64,000 nt of DNA from Terriglobia bacterium (GTDB lineage Bacteria > Acidobacteriota > Terriglobia > 20CM-2-55-15): assembly GCA_963664115.2 (NCBI GenBank), contig CAXWPJ010000012.1, positions 352,001 to 416,000 on the forward strand, written 5' to 3'. Position 1 is the stretch's first letter, and every line of letters starts with the position of its first letter. This document shows positions 18,345 to 27,992 of the stretch, in pieces. The notes under the pieces are model-generated. The model made no database searches. It was not told the origin of the DNA and saw only the letters and a program-made list of their open reading frames with translations. Position numbers and translations under genes: made by a program.

Positions 18345-18593
18345 TCACTCGTCACTATTGTTAAGTATCTCCCTCCTCAAACGACGCAGCGTCTCCTCCT
18401 CTTCCGGGTCTTCCGGAATCGGCCATAATTTCTTTGTGGCGTTGCTCAAAGCTTTCAACTGCAATTTGTAGCGGCGGCACTTATCGCAAAGTAACAGATG
18501 CAAGCCGATCAGCAGACGGTCACGCCAGCGGGCCGCGAGGTATTCGTCGCTCGCGAGACGCCGCGTCACTTCTCTGCAGTTCAGTGTCATCAT
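18345..18593 (-). CDS. zf-HC2 anti-sigma factor
   Basis: CREVTR..HLLLCDKC; located directly downstream of the ECF sigma. Confidence 0.85.
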   Translation of the reverse strand: MMTLNCREVTRRLASDEYLAARWRDRLLIGLHLLLCDKCRRYKLQLKALSNATKKLWPIPEDPEEEETLRRLRREILNNSDE

Positions 18594-19163
18594 TTAATTC
18601 ACGCCTTTGGCTTCGAGACACTCTCGGAGGCGATTGCGACCGCGATAGAGCAGCACTCCTAAATTAGTGCGGGAGACGTCCAGAATCTTACATATTTCTT
18701 CGGTCGCCATTTCTTCCTTCTCCCGAAAGACGAACGCCATCCGTTGAGCGGTCGACAAAGTGTCCACACATGCTTCGATCAACTTCCCAAGCTCTCGGCT
18801 ATAGACAGTCATCGACTGCGGCGGATTGCTCCAGGTCCCGTCGGGATGGAAACGCCGTTCCATGACGTGATCGATGTCATCGGATAGTCTCTCCCGCCCG
18901 AGGGCTCGACGCGCTTCGGCGATCTTGCGATACAAGATACCAAAGAGCCAAGTCCTTACCCGGGAACGCCCTTCGAATGAGGGAGCTTTTTCAATGAACG
19001 TCGCGAACGTTGATTGAGTGACGTCTTCCGCTCGGTGTGAGTCCAGGCCTGAGGCTCGCGCCGCGTTGAGAATATGTGACAAGTAAGTCTCGACGACGGC
19101 AGCAATCGCCGCGCGGTCACCACTGCGGATACGTTTCCCAAACTGTGAATCGTCAAAATTCAT
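18594..19163 (-). CDS. ECF RNA polymerase sigma factor
   Basis: AEDVTQ, FEGRSRVRTWLFGIL, EEICKILDVS..VLLYRGRNRLRECLE. Confidence 0.92.
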   Translation of the reverse strand: MNFDDSQFGKRIRSGDRAAIAAVVETYLSHILNAARASGLDSHRAEDVTQSTFATFIEKAPSFEGRSRVRTWLFGILYRKIAEARRALGRERLSDDIDHVMERRFHPDGTWSNPPQSMTVYSRELGKLIEACVDTLSTAQRMAFVFREKEEMATEEICKILDVSRTNLGVLLYRGRNRLRECLEAKGVN

Positions 19164-19259
19164 ACAAATCAGATGTAATAAATCCCGCCCTGCTCCCACT
19201 CATTAACGAAACCCGCCGGGTTTTCAAAGAAATAACCAGTCACCGAGGAGTATACAAAC

Positions 19260-19721
19260 ATGATTTTCAAGAGCATCCAAAACGGAGCCATCGCGGGCAT
19301 AGCGGGTGGCGTAGTGTTCGGAGCCATGATGGGTATGATGGGCATGCTACCTATGATCGGCCAGATGGCCGGATCGCCAACGGCCGCCGCTGGGTTCTTC
19401 GTTCACCTCATAATCAGTGCTTTTATCGGCGGCTCCTTCGCGCTGCTTTTCCGATCGCGCGTTACGGGACCAGCGGCCGGGTTGGCTTTTGGTGGGACCT
19501 ACGGAGTCGCATGGTGGTTTCTCGGTCCACTGACCCTCATGCCAGCAATGATGGGCATGGGAATCGGCGTCAATTGGAATGCCACCGCGGCCACCGCCAT
19601 GTTCCCCAGCCTGATCGGCCACATCGTTTATGGCCTGATCCTTGGCTTCACCTACGCTCGGCTCACGCGTAACGGATGTGTCCGAGCTACATGCGAAGAT
19701 CCAGTCTCCGGCGTGGTGTAA
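19260..19721 (+). CDS. Met/Gly-rich 4-TM membrane protein, divergent from the ECF sigma
   Basis: MMGMMGMLPM, FVHL, SLIGHIVYG; GAGGAG RBS. Confidence 0.8.
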   Translation: MIFKSIQNGAIAGIAGGVVFGAMMGMMGMLPMIGQMAGSPTAAAGFFVHLIISAFIGGSFALLFRSRVTGPAAGLAFGGTYGVAWWFLGPLTLMPAMMGMGIGVNWNATAATAMFPSLIGHIVYGLILGFTYARLTRNGCVRATCEDPVSGVV

Positions 19722-19743
19722 GCGAACCGGGGCGATATCAATC

Positions 19744-19801
19744 GCAAGTTAAAAGTTATGAGCGGGTTCTTCGAATGCTGAACTCATAACTTTTAACTCG
19801 C
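19744..19801. repeat. AT-rich 19-bp inverted repeat between convergent genes
   Basis: gcaagttaaaagttatgag-N20-ctcataacttttaactcgc (18/19 match). Confidence 0.8.
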
Positions 19802-19810
19802 GTGACACCA

Positions 19811-21124
19811 CTATTTATCCAAGTAGGCCGCTAGGTATTGATATCTCTCCGTCAGTGCGCCCCGATGCACGATGATCGCGTTCTTCAACGCGGCCCCCAT
19901 CGCCAGTTCTTCGACCGGGCGCCGGAAATCGGTGGCGGCAAGAATCCCGATATGCGGGGCGAGCATATCGCCAAAACTGAGTGACGCTTCTCGCGGAACC
20001 TCAGCAGGCAAGGTATCCACAGCCATGACGACCACGCCCTCCCCTTCCCACCCATCGAGAACACGCCCGCTCGACGGGATGTAGGTGTAAACGGGTTTAC
20101 CCGGTCCGGTCGCTTTGACGGTACATTCGATCGACCCTTCGATGTCGCAAGTGATGTCTCCAATCACACGCAGTCGTGGCTGTACGGCCTTGTCCCACTC
20201 CGATTGCAGCCACGCCTTCGCAACCAGCCGGGGATAGCTTTTCTCCCAATAGATACAGTTGATCAACACGGTCAAGTGCGGCAGGTATTGTTCGAATATG
20301 CCCCTGTATCTTTCAGGATGCCGGTAGTAATCATCCAGATCGAAGGATTCTGCCGGGTCGATCGAATCGGCGATGTCCTCTTCCTTGAAGACTACCTTAT
20401 AGAGTTTTTTGTCCGAGAAATTCCCTGCAGCCATAAAAGCGTGCAGTCGCCCCGGAGCAATTTCTTCGTGCGGCAACAGATCGAAGAATTCCTGAGCGCC
20501 ACGTGAAACATTCCCATATCCGGCGAACCCGACGACGAACGGTGCCAGGGCCTGACCCACACCTTCCCTTGCGATCCGCGCCGCGGTTTCTACGAGCAAA
20601 GTTCGACCCGCGTCAAGGCTGGAAAAGTTCAGAGGCCGGTCCAGAGATAAGAGCGGTGTGGGATGCCCCTCCCACTCCAGCCGCTTTCCCGCAGCGTAGA
20701 GCGTCTCGAAAAGACCCGCAGCGCCGGCATGGTTCCCGAAATACACCAGACGACGGTTCTCTCTGTCGACGATGTGTTCGTAGTCGAGCAACGTAGCCCT
20801 GAGCTTCAGAATGCGCCGCAGCATACCCATGTTGTAAGGCTGACCCTTCGAAACGTGGGCAAAGAACAGGTATGCCGACTCGGGTCTGAAATATTTGGCC
20901 GGAACTTCCTTGATCGCCAGGACCAGGCCGCAGTCGGAAAGATCTTCTGAAACGCTGGCACCGGAACGCTGATATTCGGCATCGGAGAAAATGCGGATCT
21001 GCGAGGGCTGGATTTTGATTTCCACTCCGGAGTTGACGAGCTGTGCGACATGTGAAGGAGCCAGCGGCGCCCGGCGCTCCCATTGATTCTTGTCTTCTCT
21101 CCGGATGCCGATCTTTCCCAACAC
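19811..21124 (-). CDS. Stand-alone lysine-ketoglutarate reductase/saccharopine dehydrogenase (AlaDh/PNT fold)
   Basis: IGIRREDKNQWERRAPL, IKEVP, HVSKGQPYN, GYGNVSRGA, NCIYW, DITCDIEGSIE. Confidence 0.88.
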   Translation of the reverse strand: MLGKIGIRREDKNQWERRAPLAPSHVAQLVNSGVEIKIQPSQIRIFSDAEYQRSGASVSEDLSDCGLVLAIKEVPAKYFRPESAYLFFAHVSKGQPYNMGMLRRILKLRATLLDYEHIVDRENRRLVYFGNHAGAAGLFETLYAAGKRLEWEGHPTPLLSLDRPLNFSSLDAGRTLLVETAARIAREGVGQALAPFVVGFAGYGNVSRGAQEFFDLLPHEEIAPGRLHAFMAAGNFSDKKLYKVVFKEEDIADSIDPAESFDLDDYYRHPERYRGIFEQYLPHLTVLINCIYWEKSYPRLVAKAWLQSEWDKAVQPRLRVIGDITCDIEGSIECTVKATGPGKPVYTYIPSSGRVLDGWEGEGVVVMAVDTLPAEVPREASLSFGDMLAPHIGILAATDFRRPVEELAMGAALKNAIIVHRGALTERYQYLAAYLDK

Positions 21125-21259
21125 CTGCCCTCGCTCTGTTGCTTGCGTTGTTTCCTAAAACAGTTTAATTTCTCGGGGAAGCTTCTTTCCAGTACTGTCA
21201 GGATAAAATCAGGTCGTATCGCCGGCCACGAGAGAGCCACACCGCACGGGAGACAAACA

Positions 21260-23872
21260 ATGACACGCACGATTCAATATTTATCCTTGATTATCATGGT
21301 GTGCCTGCTTGGCGCAGCGTCCACCCTCGCAGCTCCTCAGGATCCGGAACCGGACGATCCTCCCCGGACCGAAGGGGAGTCGGTAGAGGCAGAAGACGAA
21401 GACGGGAACCGCCGCGGTGGCCGAGATGGAGAAGACACGGAAGGCATTCAACCCTACGATGAGGTGATCACTGACGAAGCTGTATCGGATGAGGGTGTCT
21501 TCCTAGTGCACCAGATCGATGACAGTTATTACTACGAGATCCCGGAATCTGAATTCGGGCGCGAATTTCTGTGGGTCGCACGCATTGCCCGGACCATCGC
21601 CGGGCAGGGTTACGGCGGGCAGAAATTTGATACGCGAGTCGTGCGATGGGAACGCCGGGGGGAGCGTGTCTTTCTCCGAAACGTTTCATACGAAATCGTT
21701 GCCGACGAAAGCCTTCCCATCGCTCAGGCCGTCGGAGCCGCCAACAACGACACGATACTGATGGCATTCGACATTGCGGCTCTCGGAGCAAACGAATCGG
21801 TCGTCATTGACGTCAGTTCTCTGTTCGACACCGAAGTGCCGGAACTCAGTGCTCGCTCGCGGCTCCAGGCCCGGGGTTTCGACCGCCGCCGATCCTTCGT
21901 GGATCGCATCGTGTCGTTTCCTGAAAACATCGAAGTCCGTGCCGTCCACACCTACACGCGTCCGCCGGACAATAATACCGAAGGGCAAGGCAGAGGTGAC
22001 GCCAGCCCACGGCGCGGTATGGCTCCCGGCAGTGCGACACTCGAAATGGCCTACAGCATGGTGAAGCTACCGGAAGAGCCGATGATGCCCCGCCTCTTCG
22101 ATGACAGGGTGGGTTATTTTTCCGTTACCCAGACCGACTACGGCGTGGATGAGCACCGGTCTCCAGAACGCCGCTATATCACGCGTTGGCGTCTGGAGAA
22201 ACAGGATCCCCTGGCCGATATTTCAGATCCTGTAAAACCGATTGAATACTGGATCGATCCGGCGACGCCGACCGAATGGATCCCTTATATCAAACAAGGT
22301 GTTGAGGACTGGCAGGAGGCTTTCGAAGCCGCGGGGTTCTCCAACGCTATCGTGGCACGCGACGCGCCGACGCCGGAGGAGAATCCGGATTGGAGCCCCG
22401 AAGATGCACGCTATTCAGTCATTCGCTGGCTGCCGTCCGACGTTGAAAACGCCCAGGGCCCGCACGTCCACGATCCACGCACGGGAGAGATTCTTGAATC
22501 GGACATCCAGTTCTACCACAACGTCCAGAACCTCCTCAGGGACTGGTACTTCGTGCAGGCGGCCCCCCTCGACCCGCGCGCACAAAACCTTCCCTTTCCC
22601 GATGAATTGATGGGGCGGCTTCTCCAATTCGTCGTCGCCCACGAAGTTGGACATACCTTGGGCTTTCAGCACAATATGAAGGCCAGCTCCACATATCCGT
22701 TCGAGAATATTCGCGATCCGGAATGGCTTCGAACGATGGGACACACACCCACTCTCATGGACTACTCGCGCTTCAACTATGTCGCGCAACCGGAAGACAA
22801 CATTCCCGTCGCAGACCTTGTTCCCGGCATTGGACCCTACGACGTCTGGGCCACGGTGTGGGGTTACGCTCCGATTCCCGGCGCTGCCACGCCGGACCAA
22901 GAGCTACCGACCCTGAATACCTGGGCGCTGGAACAGGAGACCACCCCGTGGTACCGGTTTTCAACCGACGGGTCCGGTGGGTCCGATCCCGGCCAACTGA
23001 CCGAAGCTGTCGGGGATGCAAACGCAATTGAAGCGACGCGGCTGGGAGTGCGAAACCTGGGCCGGGTCATGGATCTGCTGCTGAACACCGCCACGCAGTC
23101 CGGGAAAAACTGGGATGAACTGGAGGAACTCTACGGACGCCTGCTGGCACAGTGGGTCCGCGAGATGAACCACGTGGGTGCCCTGGTCGGCGGTTTCGAT
23201 TCGCGACAACTACACGGGGGGCAGGATGGTGTCCGTTTCACCGCCGTGCCTCCGGACGTTCAGCGCGCCGCGGTAGAATTCCTGAACCAAAATGCTTTCG
23301 AAACCCCGGATTTCCTGGTCCGGCCCGAGATCCTGCGACGGATCGAACCCTCAGGCGTCCTCTCCAGACTACGCAACAGCCAGCGATCGGTACTGAACTT
23401 TCTCTTAAACGCGGGCCGCTTCACACGCTTAGTGGAACAGAACGCGCTTGACGGTACCGCCTATGATCCTATCGACTTTCTGGGTGATCTGCGGAACGGT
23501 ATATGGGCCGAGCTGTCGGAATCATCCGTAACGACCGATGCCTTTCGAAGGAACCTGCAGCGCCTCTATATCGATCTGATCGATACCCGGCTTAACGCTG
23601 ACGACGTGGGGTGGAACGACATGCGGGCGTTCCTGAGGGGCCAATTGAAGACGCTCGACTCTGAGGTCGCGTCTTCCATCACGCGCACGGATGACGATGC
23701 GACGCGTTTCCACCTGGAGGACGTAAGGGACGAAATAGCGGCGATTTTAAATCCTGAAATCTATCGGCCGGAAACCAATTCCACTCAGCTTGACGGATTC
23801 AACGAAGCACCCGACCCTTTCGATCCGTATACGGTGTACGGGTGTTGGGTGGACTTCCTCATCCAGCCCTAG
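21260..23872 (+). CDS. Secreted zinc-dependent metalloprotease (DUF5118/DUF5117/DUF4953 type)
   Basis: Signal peptide; DDRVGYF, DPRTGEI, HEVGHTLGFQHN, MDY Met-turn. Confidence 0.92.
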   Translation: MTRTIQYLSLIIMVCLLGAASTLAAPQDPEPDDPPRTEGESVEAEDEDGNRRGGRDGEDTEGIQPYDEVITDEAVSDEGVFLVHQIDDSYYYEIPESEFGREFLWVARIARTIAGQGYGGQKFDTRVVRWERRGERVFLRNVSYEIVADESLPIAQAVGAANNDTILMAFDIAALGANESVVIDVSSLFDTEVPELSARSRLQARGFDRRRSFVDRIVSFPENIEVRAVHTYTRPPDNNTEGQGRGDASPRRGMAPGSATLEMAYSMVKLPEEPMMPRLFDDRVGYFSVTQTDYGVDEHRSPERRYITRWRLEKQDPLADISDPVKPIEYWIDPATPTEWIPYIKQGVEDWQEAFEAAGFSNAIVARDAPTPEENPDWSPEDARYSVIRWLPSDVENAQGPHVHDPRTGEILESDIQFYHNVQNLLRDWYFVQAAPLDPRAQNLPFPDELMGRLLQFVVAHEVGHTLGFQHNMKASSTYPFENIRDPEWLRTMGHTPTLMDYSRFNYVAQPEDNIPVADLVPGIGPYDVWATVWGYAPIPGAATPDQELPTLNTWALEQETTPWYRFSTDGSGGSDPGQLTEAVGDANAIEATRLGVRNLGRVMDLLLNTATQSGKNWDELEELYGRLLAQWVREMNHVGALVGGFDSRQLHGGQDGVRFTAVPPDVQRAAVEFLNQNAFETPDFLVRPEILRRIEPSGVLSRLRNSQRSVLNFLLNAGRFTRLVEQNALDGTAYDPIDFLGDLRNGIWAELSESSVTTDAFRRNLQRLYIDLIDTRLNADDVGWNDMRAFLRGQLKTLDSEVASSITRTDDDATRFHLEDVRDEIAAILNPEIYRPETNSTQLDGFNEAPDPFDPYTVYGCWVDFLIQP

Positions 23873-25071
23873 CGCAGGGTGAAATTGATCTCAATGTTGA
23901 CGGCGACGTCGACGGGTACACCCTGACGGGTTGCGGGGCTGAAGCGCCACTCGCTCAATGCCTCCATCGCGTTTTCGTCCAGGCCCAGACCCAGACCCCG
24001 GATGACACGCAATATCTCGACAGACCCGTCCTTGCGGACGATCGCTTCAAGAACGACCGTGCCTTCATACTGCGCTTTGCGAGCGTCTTCAGAATAGATG
24101 GGATCGCGACGATAGATGACCGTCGGAGGGGACACGCCGCCCCCGACATCGAATACTCCACCTCCAAAGCCGCCACCGGTTCCCGATCCAAGTCCCGGAC
24201 CCCCGCCTTCACCAACGCCACGGCCTTGTCCCGTGCCGATGCCCGCACCTGCGCCCGGCCCCGATGAGGGCGGTGCGGGAATGCCGGCCATGGGATCGCC
24301 CAGGTTAGGCAAAGTGACGGGAATCAGCGACGCCAGCTGCGGCGCAACGATCGTGGGTTCGGCCACCAACAGCGGATCCAGATTCAGCGGAGGTTCGGCA
24401 GCGGGAGGAACCAGTTGCTCGTCGGCAGCTCGCGGGGCAGGTCCCAACGACGGCGCGGTCAATGTCTCCCGGCCCCCACCGCCACCCCCTGCGGACGTTC
24501 GATCTTCGTCAGGAAGAACCATCAGGTCGACCGGCAGGAACAGGGGAATAAAAGTTTCGCGGACTACGGCTGGGGCATCGGTTCTGAAACTCAGTCCGGA
24601 GAATACCAAACCGATCAGCAACAGATGGGCGGCGATCGTAACGTAAGTCGGGACATTGAGGTGTGTCTCTGACCATATCGAAGGCGTATCGACAGGATCC
24701 GCAGTGGCCTGAAACTCGGAAGGGTTCTTAAAATCGCTGACGATCGCGCGAACCTGACGGATGATCGACTCTATCGGCGACTGTGGGTCAATCAGGCCGG
24801 AGAGAGCCGATGGGTCCGCGGCGGCGGTAATCTTTACGGGTTCCGAGGGAAAGCGAAACTCTTGGTAGAGCTCGCGCAACTGGGACGACAGCGACGAGAG
24901 TGGCGACCGGCGACCGACCATTTTGTCCAGAACAGAGGTGTCCGGTTCAGCGGTCACTTCAATTTCGACCCTGTTGCGTTTTTCCTCCCGCAGTCCGCGA
25001 ACTTGACGGACTAACGATGTGAACCACTTCTCGCTCGTAATCTCGCGGTAGAAGTCCCCTTTCTCGTTCAC
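23869..25071 (-). CDS. tonB: Energy transducer TonB
   Basis: TM helix with His (AAHLL), Gly/Pro linker, PIYSEDARKAQYEGTVVL..GLDENA..WRFSPA. Confidence 0.9.
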   Translation of the reverse strand: MNEKGDFYREITSEKWFTSLVRQVRGLREEKRNRVEIEVTAEPDTSVLDKMVGRRSPLSSLSSQLRELYQEFRFPSEPVKITAAADPSALSGLIDPQSPIESIIRQVRAIVSDFKNPSEFQATADPVDTPSIWSETHLNVPTYVTIAAHLLLIGLVFSGLSFRTDAPAVVRETFIPLFLPVDLMVLPDEDRTSAGGGGGGRETLTAPSLGPAPRAADEQLVPPAAEPPLNLDPLLVAEPTIVAPQLASLIPVTLPNLGDPMAGIPAPPSSGPGAGAGIGTGQGRGVGEGGGPGLGSGTGGGFGGGVFDVGGGVSPPTVIYRRDPIYSEDARKAQYEGTVVLEAIVRKDGSVEILRVIRGLGLGLDENAMEALSEWRFSPATRQGVPVDVAVNIEINFTLR

Positions 25072-25307
25072 ATGCCCTCTCCCGTGGTTGACCTCAATAT
25101 CTATAGACTATAGACGCGCCCGGCGAAATTCCGTTTGACCAAATAATACACCAGCGTGATGACGCCTGCAGTCCCCCGGGGTCTAGGGTCCTATGATTGT
25201 GGACGGACGGGTGGCTGGCAATCTAAATCGCATGACCCATAGCGATTCAGGGACACTTTTGACCGACAGTCCTCGAAGATGGGGACTCCGCCTTTCGAGG
25301 AAAACGT

Positions 25308-26381
25308 CTAGCTCTGTTCTTCGGCCACCGTGGGGCCGGACTCGCTGGGCGTTTTATCCAGGAGGATCGCGATCCAACGCAGTTCATCGCTGTTTTGCAT
25401 GAGGATCTTGACAACCATCGTGAGCGGCACCGAAAGCAGCATCCCGACACCACCCCACACCCAGCCCCAAAACACGAGAGACATGAAGACGACGAGAGTG
25501 GACAGACCCAAACGCGCGCCCATCATTCGCGGCTCTGCCACGTTTCCAACGACAAGATTCAACGCAACGTACCCGATAGCCACTGTGAGCGCGAGGCCGA
25601 AACTGCCTCCCGGTTGAATCAGTCCCACCAGAATCGGGGGGACGGCCGCCATGATCGATCCGATATTTGGGACGTAGTTCAAAAGAAAAGCCAACAGGCC
25701 CCACAGCAGGGGGAAATCAACACCCAGGGCCCATACCCAGGTGCCCAACACGGTGCCCGTAAAGAGGCTGATCGCCGTCTTGATGATCAGATAATGGTGC
25801 ACCTGGGTCATGACGCTGGAGAATTGGAGCATTCTTGAACCGGCGTCTCCCCAGGCCGCCCGGATCTTGGCCGGAAAACCTGTGGCCTCGGTCAACATGA
25901 AGACGGTCGTCAGAAAAACCAGGAGGAAACTGGACACGATCCCCGCCAGACGCGATAAGAGTCCCCCCGCAAATTGAAGGATCTGCCCCGGATTGATCAA
26001 GTCTCCGACAACCGTGGAAAAGGAAACGTTAACGCCCCAGGAGGCCAGTTGTTCTTCGCCCGACACCAAAAGTAGCGTCAATCGTTCCTGATACTGCGGC
26101 AATGCCTGTGTAAATGCGTTCACCGACCCCCCGACGATCGCGCCCACACCGACCAGCACCACGACAAGACCGAGAACAACAGCGATAATCGATATTGACT
26201 GTGGGACTCCAAGCCGCCGAAGCCACATCAGCAGGGGGAACCCCAACATGGCGAGAAACACCGACAACAGGAACGGCACGACCACGGGCTCGGCAGCCCT
26301 CAAGCCGGCAATCAATACGATCAGGCACGCCAGTGGCAGCAACAGTCCGGAACCGACCTCGGGTTTGACGATCTCACGCAT
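25308..26381 (-). CDS. AI-2E family transporter
   Basis: Multi-TM; FLLNYVPNIGS, EPRMMG..LGLS, WGWVWG..MLLSVPLT. Confidence 0.93.
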   Translation of the reverse strand: MREIVKPEVGSGLLLPLACLIVLIAGLRAAEPVVVPFLLSVFLAMLGFPLLMWLRRLGVPQSISIIAVVLGLVVVLVGVGAIVGGSVNAFTQALPQYQERLTLLLVSGEEQLASWGVNVSFSTVVGDLINPGQILQFAGGLLSRLAGIVSSFLLVFLTTVFMLTEATGFPAKIRAAWGDAGSRMLQFSSVMTQVHHYLIIKTAISLFTGTVLGTWVWALGVDFPLLWGLLAFLLNYVPNIGSIMAAVPPILVGLIQPGGSFGLALTVAIGYVALNLVVGNVAEPRMMGARLGLSTLVVFMSLVFWGWVWGGVGMLLSVPLTMVVKILMQNSDELRWIAILLDKTPSESGPTVAEEQS

Positions 26382-26477
26382 TGGCTGATCGAAGCATTTT
26401 ATCCTTGAGGCATGTCGCTCTCAATCGGCCCACTCTATCGTTAAACGGCACGTCGTGCAGAAAAGTTCTGTATAAGG

Positions 26478-27929
26478 TCATTTCCGCCAGAATGCAGGGG
26501 TCAGTATGACAAGTACAGTGTAGTACTCCAGACGGCCTGCAATCATGCAACCTGCGAGAACCCACTTGGCCAAATCGGGCAGGCTTCCGTAGTTTTCTGC
26601 CGGACCGACGCTTCCCAATCCGGGACCAATATTAAACATCGAGGCCGCTACCGCCGTTATGGAGGTCAACACGTCCACACCGAGTGCCGCAAGCGCCAGG
26701 CATGACACGAAGTTGATGACGAAGGCCAGGTAGACGAGGTTGAGCAGACTCTGTATCGTCGCTTCGGGTACGACCTGTCCACCCAGGCGCACGGCGAAGA
26801 CACCCCGGCGCTCGACCATGCGCTTGAACTCACGATCGACGACCCGCGCCAGCAAGAGGATCCGCGATGTTTTCATGCCACCCGCCGTGGACCCGGTGCA
26901 CCCGCCAACGAACATCAAGGCCAGGAGGATCAACTGCGGGAGCGGGTGCCACACCTCGAAGTTGTCGGTTACGAATCCGGTGGTCGTAACGATTGCCGCA
27001 ACCTGGAACAGCGAGTTACGGATCGCCAGTGGCATTCCATAACCGTCGTTCAAAATCAAAACGGCGCCGATAACGCCGGCAGCAACCAGTGTGATCAGAG
27101 CGTAGTACCGCAACTCCACATCTTTGAATACACTTCGGGGATTACGTTCAACCCAGAAGCGGTAGTGCTGGATAAAACTGATTCCCGCCATCAGCATGAA
27201 CACGATGATGATGGCCTCGATAAGGGGACTATTAAAGCCCGCGATGCTTTCGGTACGCGTAGAAAATCCGCCCGTTCCCAGCGTCGAGAAGGTATGGCAC
27301 ATGGCTTCGAATCCCGTCATCCCGGCCAGGCGCAGCGCGATGAACTCGGCCACGCTCAATGTCAAATAGATCTTCCAGAGCGCAATCGCCGTCTCGGCGA
27401 TACGGGGCTTCAATCTTTCTGATTTAGCGCCCGAAAATTCGGCACGGTAGAGGTGCATCCCACCGTGACCGACGAGAGGGAGAATAGCGATGCCCAGGAC
27501 AACGATGCCCATTCCACCGAGCCAGTGCGAAAAGCATCGCCAGAACTGCAGGGCTTCGGGCAGAACTTCGACACGTTCCAGAATTGTGGCACCGGTTGTC
27601 GAGAATCCGGAAATGGATTCAAAAAAGGCGTCCGTAAAACTTGAAAAGTAGGGGGAGAGATAAAAAGGAATGCTGCCAAAGAGGCCGACCGCACCCCAGA
27701 CGGAAACCACCAGAAGCAATCCTTCGCGCCGGGTCAACTCCCGATCTGGCTTCCCTGCAAACCGGATCAGCAATAGGGCACTGCCAGCGGTGATCAGAGC
27801 GCCATAGACAAGGGGCAGCAAGCCTTCACTGCCGGTAATCCACCCGTAGGCCAATGGAATAAGCATTGTCGCGGCCAGAGCCAGTAGAAATTGGCCCAGA
27901 ACGTAGCCGACGGCAGACAGGTGAATCAA
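26478..27929 (-). CDS. trkH: Trk potassium uptake membrane protein TrkH
   Basis: FESISGFSTTGA, TGGFS, TTTGF, GGCTGSTAGGMK, NIGPG. Confidence 0.95.
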   Translation of the reverse strand: MIHLSAVGYVLGQFLLALAATMLIPLAYGWITGSEGLLPLVYGALITAGSALLLIRFAGKPDRELTRREGLLLVVSVWGAVGLFGSIPFYLSPYFSSFTDAFFESISGFSTTGATILERVEVLPEALQFWRCFSHWLGGMGIVVLGIAILPLVGHGGMHLYRAEFSGAKSERLKPRIAETAIALWKIYLTLSVAEFIALRLAGMTGFEAMCHTFSTLGTGGFSTRTESIAGFNSPLIEAIIIVFMLMAGISFIQHYRFWVERNPRSVFKDVELRYYALITLVAAGVIGAVLILNDGYGMPLAIRNSLFQVAAIVTTTGFVTDNFEVWHPLPQLILLALMFVGGCTGSTAGGMKTSRILLLARVVDREFKRMVERRGVFAVRLGGQVVPEATIQSLLNLVYLAFVINFVSCLALAALGVDVLTSITAVAASMFNIGPGLGSVGPAENYGSLPDLAKWVLAGCMIAGRLEYYTVLVILTPAFWRK

Positions 27930-27992
27930 GGAAATCCTCTGACCAACGAGCTGTTAATAGCCTGAACTAAACCCTTTTGGGCCCCCAGGCTA

